From: Mustelus asterias
Lineage: Eukaryota
Length of the DNA stretch: 64,000 bases
Direction: 5' to 3'
Assembly: GCF_964213995.1 (NCBI RefSeq)
Contig: NC_135830.1
Location: 1,612,001-1,676,000 of the forward strand
The stretch's first letter is position 1. Every line of letters starts with the position of its first letter. Shown in pieces: positions 1-12,354 of the stretch. Position numbers and translations under genes: made by a program. Below the pieces are notes generated by a model that was given only the letters and a program-made list of their open reading frames with translations, was not told the origin of the DNA and made no database searches.

Positions 1-239
1 ATTTCGCCCATTGCTGCCCTGGTTTCCACTCAGAGACACGTTCTGTCAGTTTCTTTAAGTTTATTCAACAATATCTTGCTCAAGTTCTAGTTCTTGTTCT
101 CTGAGAACTCTGTCTTCCGAAGACTTCTCTTTTCCTTTTCTGAATTCGAGATCTCTCCATTCTTCAGCCTATGTTATTTTTTTCAGCTCCTGGCTCCATT
201 CCCCTAATTTTCAGCTCGCAGTTTCTGTGTGAGCTGCTT

Positions 240-625
240 TATTCACAGATATGAGGAAGGAGATGCCATTAAACTGAGACACATTGGATTCTCAAAGGCT
301 TGACATCATGGATACTGAGGACTTTTTCCCCTTGTGGAAGAGAAACTGAGTGCCAATTTAAGACAGAGATGAGGCAGAATTTCTTCTCTCAGCGGGTAGC
401 GACTGTGGGTGTTTTTACAGCAGAAAGCGATAGACACTGAGTTGTAAAGTTTATTTACGGTTTAAAAAGACAGATTTGCAATCAGTAAGGGAATCAAGGG
501 TTATAGGTATAAGACAGGGAAGCGTGGTTGAGGAATATCATTTCAGACCAGTCATGATCTGATTGTAAAGCGGAGCAAACCCGATGGAACAAATAGCCAA
601 CTTATGTTAGTATGTTGCCTGGTCT
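240..625 (+). mobile_element. Old CR1-type LINE 3' fragment
   Basis: tttaagacagagatgagg...ttcttctctcagcggg...gggaatcaagggttat...catgatc; homologous to the other CR1 tails in the window. Confidence 0.65.
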
Positions 626-1450
626 TGCGCTAGATTCCCAATTCCCCTTCAACCACAGGAGCTTATGCTTTTCAGCATTGCTCCCTTGTTGCTAAGCAAT
701 AGCCTAGTCTTTCTTCAACATTGTTTGGTTTCATGTCAGAAACCCTTAACTACAATCCAATTACATTTTTAAGTGAAACCAAAATCCACAGACATAGAAG
801 CACCTTTTTAATGTTCGTTAACTGAAGTTTTTACCCCATATTTTACAGAAAAAAACACAAAATCATACTAATTTAAAGCTATACCTCATGTAGATTAATT
901 AAATCTAATTGTTCCCAAAAACAACAGTTGTTCAGCTGAGAGAAGAAATTCTGCCTCATCTCTGTCTTCAATTGGCGCCGTGTTTCTCTTCCACAAAGGA
1001 AAAAATGCTGAGTTTGCTGAAGCTACTTCCATTGGAAAATAGCATTAATGAAGATGATATCTTTGCATCGCCTAAACTGAGTACAGTTCCTGATTAAATG
1101 GATCGCGAACTACAAAACTAATGTGGCTGTGATCACTGGACTGGAAGTTGTGGCCATGCGAGGGAAACACGAACGTGACTTTTGTGATGGTACTTTGCCT
1201 TTCAGAAAAAAATGTTTTAAAATCATGTACTCAGCTGTTTTTTTCATTGTTTCGACCTGTCTTCTTAGATGTCCTTTATTGCTGCTTAAATGGTTTAGGT
1301 GGGATAATGTTTACGTGTAATTTGGACCTAATGCGACGTCCTGGAGTTCAACAAGTTCAGGACCCTTTTAAATTGGCCGGGGGAAGAATGATTGACAGTT
1401 CAGGGGAGAAGTGCCTTCTTACTTTCAGTTTCGCTGTTGGCTGCTGTTTG

Positions 1451-1735
1451 GGGTGGCACAATGGCACAGTGGTTCGCACTGCTGCTTCACAGCGCCAGGG
1501 ACCCGCATTCGATTCCCGGCTTGCGTCACAGTCTGTGTGGAGTTTGCACATTCTCCCTGTGGTTGCATGGGTTTCCTCCAGGTGCTCCATTTTCGTCCCA
1601 AAGTTTCAACGATGCGCTGGTTAGGTGCATTGACCCGACAGGCGCCGGAGTGTGGCGACTAGGGGAGTTTCACATTAACTTCATTGCAGTGTTAATCGAA
1701 GCCTTACTTGTTGCTCATAAATAAACTTTACTTTT
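1451..1735 (+). mobile_element. HE1-like V-SINE, tail type 2
   Basis: tRNA-derived head (ggcacagtggtt..gttcgattcc-type A/B boxes), V-domain, tail ...ggagtgtggcgactagggg...ttcattgcagtgttaat...aaataaacttta. Confidence 0.85.
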
Positions 1736-2669
1736 TAAGCAAGAAGATGTGTGCAATCCTGGGTGAAGGCAGTGTGTGTGTGTGTCTCTCTCCCTGTTAT
1801 TAGATGTTCTGCTATGTTGGAAGCAGCTTTTCCTGCCTTCTTGGAGTGAAAGCTTTGCTGTAAGTGGTTTGCTGGCTGAAAATTAGAGGAGAGCAGTGGC
1901 TTTTTTTATACCTCGAAGTCTGCTGGAAGTTACAAGGCTGCAAATTCAGAGTTTCAATTCTCCAACCAAAGGACTAAGTGCCAATATCGTGTGAGCATTT
2001 TTATTTTCTGTGTTAAATCTGTGACAGGTGTATGTTTATCAGGAGTCTTGTTATGTTAGAACAGCGCGTTTAGTTGTTCAGGTTCATACAATATCATGTT
2101 TTATTTCTTGTTTGTAATTGGTAAAAGTTATTGCTAATTTTCTTTCCTTGTGTCAACTGTATTCTTAATTAAACTTTGTTTGATAGAAGCTCCCTAGTAG
2201 TTGATGTAGTGAGACATGTTATGCTTACACGCGCTAAATTCAAAGTGCACAACTTGTAGTCTAGGTTGACTTCAAACAACAGCTTGGAGTTAAAGGTTTA
2301 GAGTTTCTGACCTGGATTATAACACCTCCTCAAAGCGGTTCAATAAAAATGTAACTGTTGGGAAGACAGACATTTAGGATTCGCATGAGTCAGTTGACGG
2401 TGTGTTGTCATGTACGAGTTCGAGAATGATTTCTGCGATATTGATATGGCATTCAATATCAGTTTCAAAGCCATTGCTGCCAATGTTAGAGTGAAGAATA
2501 GTCAACTGGCAGGAGGGAGTGAAATCGTTGAGCGGCATCTTCTTGATGGCTCCTTAATGAGGACCTTGAGTCACTAGGCACCAAGAAGGATATTATGGGG
2601 ATATTCAAGAGCGAGTATATTCAGGGTTGGATGGGGAGATGGGTGAAGCTGAAGAACGCTGTTCTTGTC

Positions 2670-3005
2670 CAACTTTCTTTTATTAATCATTTTTACGGGA
2701 TGTGGGCGTCACTGGTTGGGCCAGCATTGATTGCCCACCCCCTAAGTGACCTTGATTTCAGAGAGGACATGAGAGTGAACCGCAATGCTGTGTGTTTGGA
2801 GTCACTTGAAGGCCAGACCAGGTAAGGGCAGCAGAGTTCCTTCCCTAAAGGCCATTAGTGAAACACTTGGGCTTTTACGACAGTCAACAATATTTTTATG
2901 GTTAACATTCGATTTTTAATTCCATATATTTATTGTATTCAAATTGCACCATCTGCCGTGGTGGCATTCGAGCCTGTGTCCCCAGAGCATTGCCCTAGGT
3001 CTCTG
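2670..3005 (-). mobile_element. Second, older SINE family (related copies ~34990-35250 +, ~40480-40630 +, ~41745-41935 -)
   Basis: Shared blocks: ggagtcac..g.aggccagaccaggtaagg..gcag..ttccttccctaaagg.cattagtgaa and tggtggcattcgagcc. Confidence 0.55.
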
Positions 3006-3812
3006 ATTGCTCGTCACCTCATTGCTCGAAATGAGGATTCATGGCATGCATCACACTGAAAAAAATAACCATCATTAGAGCAGATAGTATTTTCAGCACC
3101 TTATAATTGGATGGATTAAGAAGGGACTTCCAGCTGGGAGGAAGTTATCGCTCATGATTGTGGAACAACCAGGAAGTAAATAGCAAAGTGGAGACTGTTG
3201 TGGGGAAATTGTAAAAGGTGGGAAATTGTGTCTTAAACTAAGACAATTCAAAACTCTCAAAGCAAGTATCTCTATGCAAACACGTCACAAAATGTATTTA
3301 ACATGAAACACAGAACAAGGCCATACAAGCATAAAGCCGGTCGGAGTCTCACAAAGGGTTAAATAGCTCTGGAACAGAGCAACAGAAAGTCTGTGAAAGA
3401 TCTGAAGTACAGAGTTAAATACAGATCAGCTATACTTTATTCTAATCAATAATTCCGCCTTTCATTAGCTTAAGATCAATCTCATTCAACAGTTATACAT
3501 CAGTACATATCTCTGTCAAGGACATCAGCCAACCATATGATACTTAATAGCATGGTGATGTCTTATTTGTCTTTCTAATTCCGGATGTAATCTCTCCTCT
3601 TGGCATTAACTACATCCCCATTGTCTGGTAATGGCAGATCCTACCACAAGGTCAAAATGGACGTTCCCAACGGCTCACTGCCAAGTTTAATAGATATGCT
3701 TTCCTGCATCCAGGGATATATCTATCCTTGCGTCTGGGCAGTGAATGGATCTATTCATTAAAATTGCAACATTCGTACCCTCATAGGAATTTCGTATGCT
3801 GACTAATCAGTT

Positions 3813-4431
3813 ATGATGTGGAGATGCCGGCGTTAAACTGCGGAAAACACAATAAGAGTTTCAGCAACACCAGGTTAAAGTCCAACAGGTTTATTAGCTT
3901 TCGGAGCGCTGCTCCTTCGTCAGATGGAGTGGATATCTGCTCACAAACAGGGCATACAGAGACACAAAATCAAGTTACAGAATGCTGATTAGAATGCGAA
4001 TCTTTACAGCTAATCAGGTCTTAAAGATACAGATAATGTGAGTGGAGGGAGCATTAGGCACAGGTTAAAGAAATGTGTATTGCCTCCAGACAGGACAGCC
4101 AGTGAGATTCTGCAAGTCCAGGAGGCCTGCTGTGGGGGCCTCCTGGACTTGCAGAATCTCACTGGCTGTCCTGTCTGGAGGCAATACACATTTCTTTAAC
4201 CTGTGCCTAATGCTCCCTCCACTCACATTGTCTGTATCTTTAAGTCCTGATTAGCTGTAAGGATTCGCATTCTAATCAGTATTCTGTAACTTGATTTTGT
4301 GTCTCTGTACGCCCTGCTGGTGAGCAGATAGCCACTTCATCTGACGAAGGAACAGCGCTCCGAAAGCTAATGGCATTTGCTACCAAATAAACCTGTTGGA
4401 CTTTAACCTGGTGTTGTTAAAACTCTTACTG
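3813..4431. mobile_element. Penelope-like fold-back element (near-perfect ~590-bp palindrome)
   Basis: Arms meet at a 9-nt loop (4128-4136). Each arm carries the pLTR-type ctgacgaaggagcagcgctccgaaagct...ataaacctgttggactttaacctggtgttg. TSD tgactaa(t/c)cagtt at 3800-3812 and 4432-4444. Confidence 0.8.
4338..4372 (+). ncRNA. Minimal type I hammerhead ribozyme motif in the Penelope-like pLTR (mirror copy 3893-3926, minus)
   Basis: CAT-CTGACGA-AGGAAC/AGC/GCTCC-GAAAGCTA-ATG: stem I, CUGANGA core, stem II, GAAA, palindromic AGCU stem III, UA cleavage site. Confidence 0.6.
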
Positions 4432-5335
4432 TGACTAACCAGTTCCCAGACTTTGGATTTAAGCTAATGACTGTTACCACCATGCCGTTCGGTATCTTTG
4501 TTTGACCAAAGTGAATAGTATATTAAAATATATTTAAAATATCAGTATATGTTTTAAAATCATAACCACTTTTTGATTGTCTTATTGCATCCACGTAAGT
4601 GAAAAAGAGTTTATTTAGCTGTCTTAAGAATAATTTAACATCTTACTGATTTCTTCTCCTCTGAAAGACTGCATTCTGCATATAAATCTTATTACACTGG
4701 TTAAGAATCCCCTTCCACAGCTCAGGAAAAGAAGCACGCTGTGTTCAAGAAAAGATGATATTACGGTGTGCACCAGTGGACAATTCGATCTTCAAATGAT
4801 GAGTGGGGAAGCGCGCACACTGCCCAATCATTGTTCTCTCTCTTGCAAAGCGTGAACAAGAACAGCTGAGCCTGAACAAATTATTCTAACTCGGAGGCGA
4901 ATACATACATGTCTGAAAGCGCATATCAAATAATATCCTGCACTACCATTAAAAGCGCAGATCTATTTGAACCAGTACGTGGCGGCACGGGAGAAGTAAC
5001 AGGGTCACAATACAGACTGGAAAGCACAAAAACATTCGAGCAGCTGAATGAGGCAGAACAAGTTATGTCCATTCACGTTTCAAGACTGAGAGAGGACCTG
5101 CTATTGATCATCTTCAGATCGATGACACGACTCTGGAGTCATCAACAAGACTGCAAATGCAGATGCTGCGTTGGGAGCTAGTTGGCCGACTGGCACCTCG
5201 AGAATGTGAATGGAATCAGTTTATGCTTTGAAAGTAGACAGGACACTGGCCTGAGTAGGGGAATTGGGGATTGACCACGAGTGCTACACTTCACAGCACA
5301 GCTCTCACCCCATGGAAAAAAACAAGAAAGAAGGG

Positions 5336-5376
5336 AAGAAGAAGAAGAAGAAGAAGAAGAAGAAGAAGAAGAAGAA
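5336..5376 (+). repeat. (GAA)n microsatellite
   Basis: About 13 perfect GAA units. Confidence 0.95.
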
Positions 5377-5392
5377 AGAGAAAATTAAGTTG

Positions 5393-5716
5393 GGAGGCAC
5401 GGTGGCACAGTGGTTAGCACTGCTGCCTCACAGCGCCAGGGACCCGGGTTCACTTCCCGGCTTGGGTCACTGTCTCTGTGGAGTTTGCACGTTCTTCCCG
5501 TGTCTGTGCGGGTTTCCTTTGTGTGCTCCGGTTTCCTCCCACAGTCCGAAAGATGTGTGAGTTATGTGGATTGGTCATACTAAATTGCCCAATAGTTTCA
5601 GGGGCAATAGCACGGTAAATATAAGGGTTTACATGGATACGGCTTGGGGGGGATCATTGTTGGTGCAGGCTCGATGAGCCAAATGACGTTCTTCTGCACT
5701 GTAGGGATTCTATGGA
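5393..5716 (+). mobile_element. HE1-like V-SINE, CR1-type tail (type 1)
   Basis: Head and V-domain, then tail ...gcaggctcgatgagccaaatg...ctgtagggattctatg. Confidence 0.88.
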
Positions 5717-5959
5717 TTGCATGGTTAAGGCTGCGATGCAGAAGGAAAGGTTGAAGAAGAGAAAGGAGGAGAGGGAGATAAAGGCTCACAAGATGTCAAT
5801 TTTGACTCTATACTGGCCTCCAGCCCTCTCGAACCTGAATGGAATTCAAAAGACCTGGGATATCAAAATTCAAGAAAAATGAAAACGAATACAGAACGGT
5901 TTAGAAACTGACTCGTGCATATCTAAATGTGCACATCGGATTTAAAAACGAGTGCACCA

Positions 5960-6260
5960 TGGAACATAGAACATAGAATATTACAGCGCAGTACAGGCCC
6001 TTCGGCCCTCGATGTTGCGCCGACCTGTGAAACCAATCTAAAGCCCATCTAACCTACACTATCCAATATCATCCATATGTTTATCCAATGACAATTTAAA
6101 TGCCCTTAATGTTGGCGAATCCACTACTGTTGCAGGCAGGGCATTCCGCGCCCTTACTACTCTCTGAGTAAAGAACGTACCTCTGACATCTGTCCTGTAT
6201 CTATCACCCCTCAATTTAAAGCGATGTCCCCTCGTGCTAGCCATCACCATCCGAGGAAAA
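5960..6260 (-). mobile_element. CR1/HER1-type LINE 3' end
   Basis: Encodes TRGHRFKL...FFTQRVV..NALP, with a (ttctatg)n tail. Confidence 0.85.
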
Positions 6261-6341
6261 TGGAAGCAAGCATATATGTGGCATGGACAACACAAGACAA
6301 CAAAAATAATCTGCAATTCATTTTGGGGCATCTTATTTACA

Positions 6342-7249
6342 TTATCTTGATATTGTAACAAGGGGCCTCAGTGGATATTTCAGACCATTAATTAACTGGG
6401 CTCTGATTTTTCTCTGGGTCACAGCATAAATAAACGGGTTGATGCAGGAACTCAATAGTTGGAGCATATATCCACTTTCTTGCAGAGCAAAGTTAGAATT
6501 ACTGAAATTGGAACCCGAGAAATAAGTAACTTTCGAAATTCGAACATATACAATGTTTACAAAAGAGATCACGTATGACAGCATGAAAGTGCCCGAGATG
6601 GCAAAGAGTAAAACAATAGACCTTTTCCGGTTCTCCATTTCTGCGTCACAATGATCCTCCTGATTGTTTTGGTCCCGGACTCTCTTGCGGGCTCTGTTGG
6701 CCTCTAGAATGTGTCTGACAGTCATTGAGTTGAGCACTAATATCAAGATGAATGGGAGAGAAGGGTTTAAAAGTAAACGCGTCCAGCTATAGGCTATCCA
6801 TGCCGGCGATGTATAAATTATTCCCCTAATCACACAGAACCAAGGTATATTACTAATTATGTTCATAGGTTTAATTTGCAAATATATGAAGATATTCTTT
6901 ACACAGGCGAATACAGACACAATAAATATAACACGTGTTGTCATCTTCTCGGTGCAGTAAGTTATTTTCAGTTTCTGGCAGGAAATAGCCACAAATCGAT
7001 CAAAGGTGAAAGCGACTGTTAACCAGGCAGAGCTGTCAATGGCTGCAATGTTTAAGGCAGCTCGCAAACTACAAACTGGTGTAATCGACAGGAAACTTGT
7101 AGGAAAATAGATCCCAGCGATGCGGTTCAACATGACTGCCGTGATCATAACCAAGAGATCTGACACTGCCATGGACAACAGGTAATAAGTAACACATCCG
7201 GAGAGACCGCATCTTCTTCGAGACAATATCACAATGACTGCCACGTTAG
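6342..7249 (-). CDS. GPR139-like class A GPCR gene A, exon 2 (intact; 325 aa spliced)
   Basis: Acceptor ccatacaatag|CT AAC gives GIP-A-N-V in TM1. Has MAVSD (TM2), FTFDRFVAI (DRY-type), ECL2 Cys (PWFC), LPF (TM5) and CINPFIY (NPxxY). Seven hydrophobic segments and no disablements. Family assigned by recalled similarity to the expanded elasmobranch GPR139-like receptors. Confidence 0.88.
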
Positions 7250-7396
7250 CTATTGTATGGGCGAGACACAGAGAGAAATTAAATACGTTAATTTTGGACT
7301 GCCGTCAGGAAAAAATCAGTCTCATGGATTTACTGCGAAATTTAAAGGTTTACGACTTAGTCAGAACGTCTTATTTTAAGAATTGCAACAATTTAT

Positions 7397-7718
7397 ATAA
7401 TCCTACAGTGCAGAAGGAGAGCATTCGCCTCATCGATTGTGCACGGACTACAATCCCACCCAGTCTCCATCGCCATAACCTCATGCCAGGGAATTGCCGT
7501 AGCGAGTCCCCCTGACACTAAGGGGCGATTTACGATGGTCAATCTACCTAATCCGCACATCTTTGGACTGTGGGAGGAAACCGCAGCACCCGGAGGAAAC
7601 CCTTCGCAGACATGGGGAGAACATGCAAACTCTGCACATTGATCGAAGATGGGAAGCGAACCCGAAGCCCTGGTGCTGTGAGGCAGCAGTGCCAACCACT
7701 GTGCCACCGTGCCGCCCT
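7397..7718 (-). mobile_element. HE1-like V-SINE type 1 (intron of GPCR gene A)
   Basis: Reverse complement of the same head, V-domain and tail. Confidence 0.85.
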
Positions 7719-8414
7719 ATTTACTAGTTTACTAGTTTACTGTTTACTAGTTTTCACAAAGTCATCCAGTTTAAAATAACTATTTCAAATAATCGCTTTA
7801 CCATCAATTCAATATAATATGGCTCTGCAAAAGTCAATAATAGATCGAATTTACATTGCAACAGAAAAAAAGCATAAATACAAAAATCTATCATGGGAGA
7901 TGAAACAAAAATATTGATGCAGATACACGACAACACAGTCAACAATGGGGTTGGCAAATAGCAAAGAGTCCAATATATCCCACTAAGAATGTCATGGGGT
8001 TCATTTCTATGAAATGCTGAAAGCGCTCTCAATTGGAAAATTTGGAATGGCACTTGCTCAGAAAATATGGAATTGAATGGGCCGTTTGGGTTTTCTCCCA
8101 TTTTGCAGAGGACATTTTGGATGGAAAACAGTGATAAATCACTTGATAATCAATTGGGGTATACTGTGCCGATCTGCAAATTTACGAATAGCAAATGGTG
8201 ATGTCTTGTGATAGAAAGACCGTCCAATTATGCCGCAATTCCCGCAAGCTGCACAGCCCTTTCGAACAAATATTCGACTTTTTAGCATAGTGGATATTTG
8301 AGAGAGGATCCCAGCACCTGAAAAACGAATGCAGTCATTACTTCAGGGAATTCATTCTTTGTTTCGTAAAAAGCGAATATGAGAACAGTCCAAGAAATTG
8401 CCGAGTGTTTTTTC

Positions 8415-8703
8415 TTGTATTCGTGCCACAAATAGGCTGATAGTAACACTGCAATGAACTTAATCTGAAAATCCCCCCAGTCGCCACGCTAGTGTTCAGG
8501 CACCCTGAGGGAGATTTTAGCATGGCCAATGCACCTAAACACGTTTTACAGATAGTGGGAGGAAACGGGAGCACCCAGAGGAAACCTATGCAGACATGTG
8601 GAGAACGTGCAGACTCCACAGGAACAGTGACCAAGCTGGAAAATGAACCTGGATAACTGGCACTGTGAGGCAGCAGTGCTAACCACTATGCCACCGTGCT
8701 GCT
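8415..8703 (-). mobile_element. HE1-like V-SINE type 2 (intron of GPCR gene A)
   Basis: Head plus type 2 tail. Confidence 0.85.
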
Positions 8704-9627
8704 CGTTCATAGTGGAAGTAAAAAACAACTCCCACACTTAACACTCACGAATTTAGAAACATCAGCAGTGGCGAATGTAGAATAGAAATGGATTGATTCA
8801 TTGAGTGTGAGAGACTAGAAACAGGAACACTGCATTTGAACTTAAGGTAATGAACATCTATCAATTAACCTGAAGCGACATCACTGTTTGTATATCTGTC
8901 AAGTTATTCGTGCTCAAAAACATTCCTTTAATAAAAATGTTATTTATATTTGGTCTGGGTTATTCAATTGCTCGATCGTCTCAAACTATGAATTGTTCAT
9001 TGAAATCAAATGTCAAAAGCAGAAGCAGAAAAATGTTTATATGTTAACCGTGATAACAAGGACAATGGCACGATAAAGATTAATTTAAATTGTGATATCC
9101 ATGTGAGAATTCACCCACACGGAGCGTCTCAGTGCCGAAATGGAACACAATTTTTAACACACTCAAGTGATTAAAAGTCGAGAAGTTAGAATTGGCCATA
9201 GTTCATTTGAATTAAATTTGCACGCTAATAACAGGAAAATAATTCCAGCACCATACCAATACAAACAACACAACTAGAAAAAAAAACATTCACATCATGA
9301 CTTGTTAACTGTAGACGGTATCAATGATGTGACTGTCGTGAGGAATAGTACCTGTCACAGAACAATAGAATGCTCTTAACGTTTCTAAGTTATGCAGGCA
9401 AATGAAAAATCCATGCAGGTAAATGGGAGAAAATGTAATGTGAAATGGGGAAATTGCAGTATAATTGGGTGAAATTATCCAATAAGCAGAACAAGTTTAT
9501 TAAATGTAACATTATTACAGAATGCATATCAATTGTCAATAGCATAGAAAGGTGACACTGGTAAAATGAGAAAATTATTATATTAACCAATGGCTAAAGC
9601 CACAATTAAATCAATAAAATCATTTAC

Positions 9628-9697
9628 CTGGAATGCCGATAGCTGCAATGAATGGATAGTAAATTGCAAACACCAGACCTTTTGGTATTGCATGCAT
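9628..9697 (-). CDS. GPR139-like class A GPCR gene A, exon 1
   Basis: ATG at 9697, 70 nt, MHAIPKGLVFAIYYPFIAAIGIP, donor CCAG|GTAAAT in phase 1. Not in the ORF track; joins exon 2 in frame. Confidence 0.88.
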
Positions 9698-9746
9698 TTC
9701 TAATAGAAGCTGTCAGTTCCCTCTGCTCGTCGCTGAAATGATTGCA

Positions 9747-9752
9747 TTTATA
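9747..9752 (-). promoter_or_regulatory. Putative TATA box of GPCR gene A
   Basis: TATAAA 50 nt upstream of the ATG, inside a block conserved with the upstream region of paralog C. Confidence 0.45.
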
Positions 9753-10036
9753 CATGATGTCAGGCTCGAGAGACGTAATTAGTTGCTTTGATATGTTGCA
9801 ATTATTAAAATTACTGTAGCAAACAGATTAGTGCAACTGCTGCTCAGCTGGAGTTCATACTTTGATTGTTTGCAATAAGATCTGATGTGGCAATGAAGCG
9901 AACTGTCCTGAGATAACAGACAGATCGGAGTTGCAATTCTTTATTAAAAGACTCAATAACTGCCTCTAATTCTGGAGTCTGCACGTTCTCCCCGTGTCTG
10001 CGTGGGTGTCCTCAGGGTGCTCCCGTTTCACCCACA

Positions 10037-11330
10037 TAAGAACATAAGAAATAGGAGCAGGAGTAGGCCATCTAGCCCCTCGAGCCTGCCCCGCCATTCA
10101 ATGAGATCATGGCTGATCTGAAGTGGATCAGTTCCACTTACCCGCCTGATCCCTATAACCCCTAATTCCCTTACCGATCAGGAATCTATCTATCCGTGAT
10201 TTAAACATATTCAACGAGGTAGCCTCCATCACTTCAGTGGGCAGAGAATTCTAGAGATTCACCACCCTCTGAGAGAAGAAATTCCTCCTCAATTCTGTCC
10301 TAAACTGATCCGCTTTATTTTGAGGCTGTGCCCTCTAGTTCTAGCTTCCTCGCTAAGTGGAAAGAATCTCTCCACCTCTACCCGATCCAGCTCCTTCATT
10401 ATCTTATAGGTCTCTATAAGATCCCTCCTTAGCCTTCTAATTTCCAAGGAGTACAAACCCAATCTTCTCAGTCTCTCCTCATAATCAACATCCCTCATCT
10501 CTGGTATCAACCTGGTGAACCTTCTCTGCACTCCCTCCAAGGGCAATATATCCTTCCGCAAATAAGGGGACCAATACTGCACACAATTTCCCAGCTGCGG
10601 CCTCACCAGTGTCCTGTACAGATGCAGCAAGACATCTCTGCTTTTATATTCTATCCCCCTTGCGATATAGGCCAACATCCCATTTGCCTTCTTGATCACC
10701 TGTTGCACCTGCAGACTGGGTTTTTACGTCTCATGCACAAGGACCCCCAGGTCCCTTTGCACAGTAGCATGTTGTAATTTTTTTCCATTTAGATCATAAT
10801 CCAATTTGCTATTATTTCTTCCAAAGTGAATAACCTCGCATTTGTCAACGTTATACTCCATCTGCCAGATCCTCGCCCACTCACTCAGCCTGTCCAAATC
10901 TCTCTGCAGACCTTCTACGCCCTCTACACGATTCACTTTTCCACTTATCTTTGTGTCATCTGCAAACTTTGTCACCCTACACTCAGTCCCCTCTTCCAGA
11001 TCGTCTATTTAAATGGTACCGATCCCTGCGGCACGCCACTAGTTACCATCTGCCAACCAGAAAGGCACCCATTTATTCCGACTCTCTGCTTCCTGTCGGA
11101 TAGCCAATCCCCAATCCACGCTAACACCCTACCCCCAACTCCGTGTGACCCAATCTTCTTCAGCAACCTTTTGTGAGGCACCTTATCAAACGCCTTTTCG
11201 AAATCCAAAAGCACCGCATCCACCGGTTCCCCTCCGTCAACCGCACTCGTCATATCTTCATAAAAATCCAACAAGTTCGTCAAGCACGACTTTCCCCTCA
11301 TGAATCCCTGCTGCGTGTGCTTAATCTCTG
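10037..11330 (-). mobile_element. CR1-type LINE, 5'-truncated RT fragment
   Basis: ORF pieces LDFEKAFDKVPH, SGVPQGSV, KFADDTK, QRRFTRLIP; (ttcttatg)n tail. Confidence 0.92.
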
Positions 11331-11343
11331 CCATTCCGGAAGG

Positions 11344-12352
11344 TAGAAACACAGAAACGTAGAAAAACTACAGCACAAAAAGGCCCTTCGGCCCACAAGT
11401 TGTGCCGAACACATCCCTACCTTCTAGACCTACCTATAACCCTCCATCCTATTAAGCTCCATGTACTCATCCAGGAGTCTCTTAAAATACCCTATTGAGT
11501 TCGCCTCCACTACCACTGACGGCAGCCGATTCCACTCGCTCACCACCCTCTGTGTGAAAAACCTCCCCCTAACATCACCCCTGTACCTACCCCCCAGCAC
11601 CCTAAACCTGTGTCCTTTCGTAGCAGACATTTCCACCCTGGGAAAAAACCTCTGAGAATCCACCCGATCTATGCCTCTCAACATCTTATACACCTCTATT
11701 AGGTCTCCTCTCATCCTTCGTCTCTCCAAGGACAAAAGACCGAGCTCCCTCAGCCTATCCTCATAAGGCATACCACTCACTCCAGGCAACATCCTTGTAA
11801 ATCTCCTCTGCACCCTTTCAATTTTTTCCACGTCCTTCCTCTAGTGTGGCGACCAGAACAAAGCACAGTATTCCAAGTGGGGTCTGACGAGGGTCTTATA
11901 TAGCTGCATCATTATCCCCGGACTCCTAAACTCAATCCCTCGATTGATAAAGGCCAGCACACCATACGCCTTCTTAACCACCTCCTCCACCTGCGGGGCC
12001 GATTTTAGAGTCCTATGGAACCGGACCCCAAGGTCCTTCTGATCCTCTACTGTACTAAGAGTCTTTCCCTTATATTGTACTCCTTCATCCCATTTGACCT
12101 GCCAAAATGGACCACTACACATTTATCTGGGTTGAAGTCCATCTGCCACTTGTCCGCCCGGTCTTGCATCCTATCTATGTCCCTCTGTAACTTCTGACAT
12201 CCCTCCAGACTATCCACAACCCCACCAACCTTCGTGTCGTCGGCAAACTTAACAACTCATCCCTCCACTTCCTCATCCAGGTCATTTATGAAAATGACAA
12301 ACAGTAAGGCTCCCAGAACAGATCACTGGGGCACACCACTGGTGACCGACCA
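11344..12352 (-). mobile_element. CR1-type LINE fragment (same subfamily as 28603-30377)
   Basis: RT C-terminal ORF pieces (YKTLVRPHLEYC; ERVQRRFTRMLP); near-identical to 28603-29620. Confidence 0.92.
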
Positions 12353-12354
12353 GT

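Noticed and set aside
1148-1724. Recurrent ORFs with AQWLALL/HCLCGVCTF-type peptides (also 7393, 19378, 25812, 41557, 48114 and others)
   Set aside because: All are translations of HE1-like SINE copies, not a gene family.
1183-2323. Possible solo LTR (TGTGATGG...TTATAACA) interrupted by a SINE
   Set aside because: TG...CA ends are suggestive, but there is no matching TSD, PBS or second copy.
5264-5560. 98-aa ORF with a poly-Lys run
   Set aside because: Translation of a (GAA)n microsatellite followed by a SINE.
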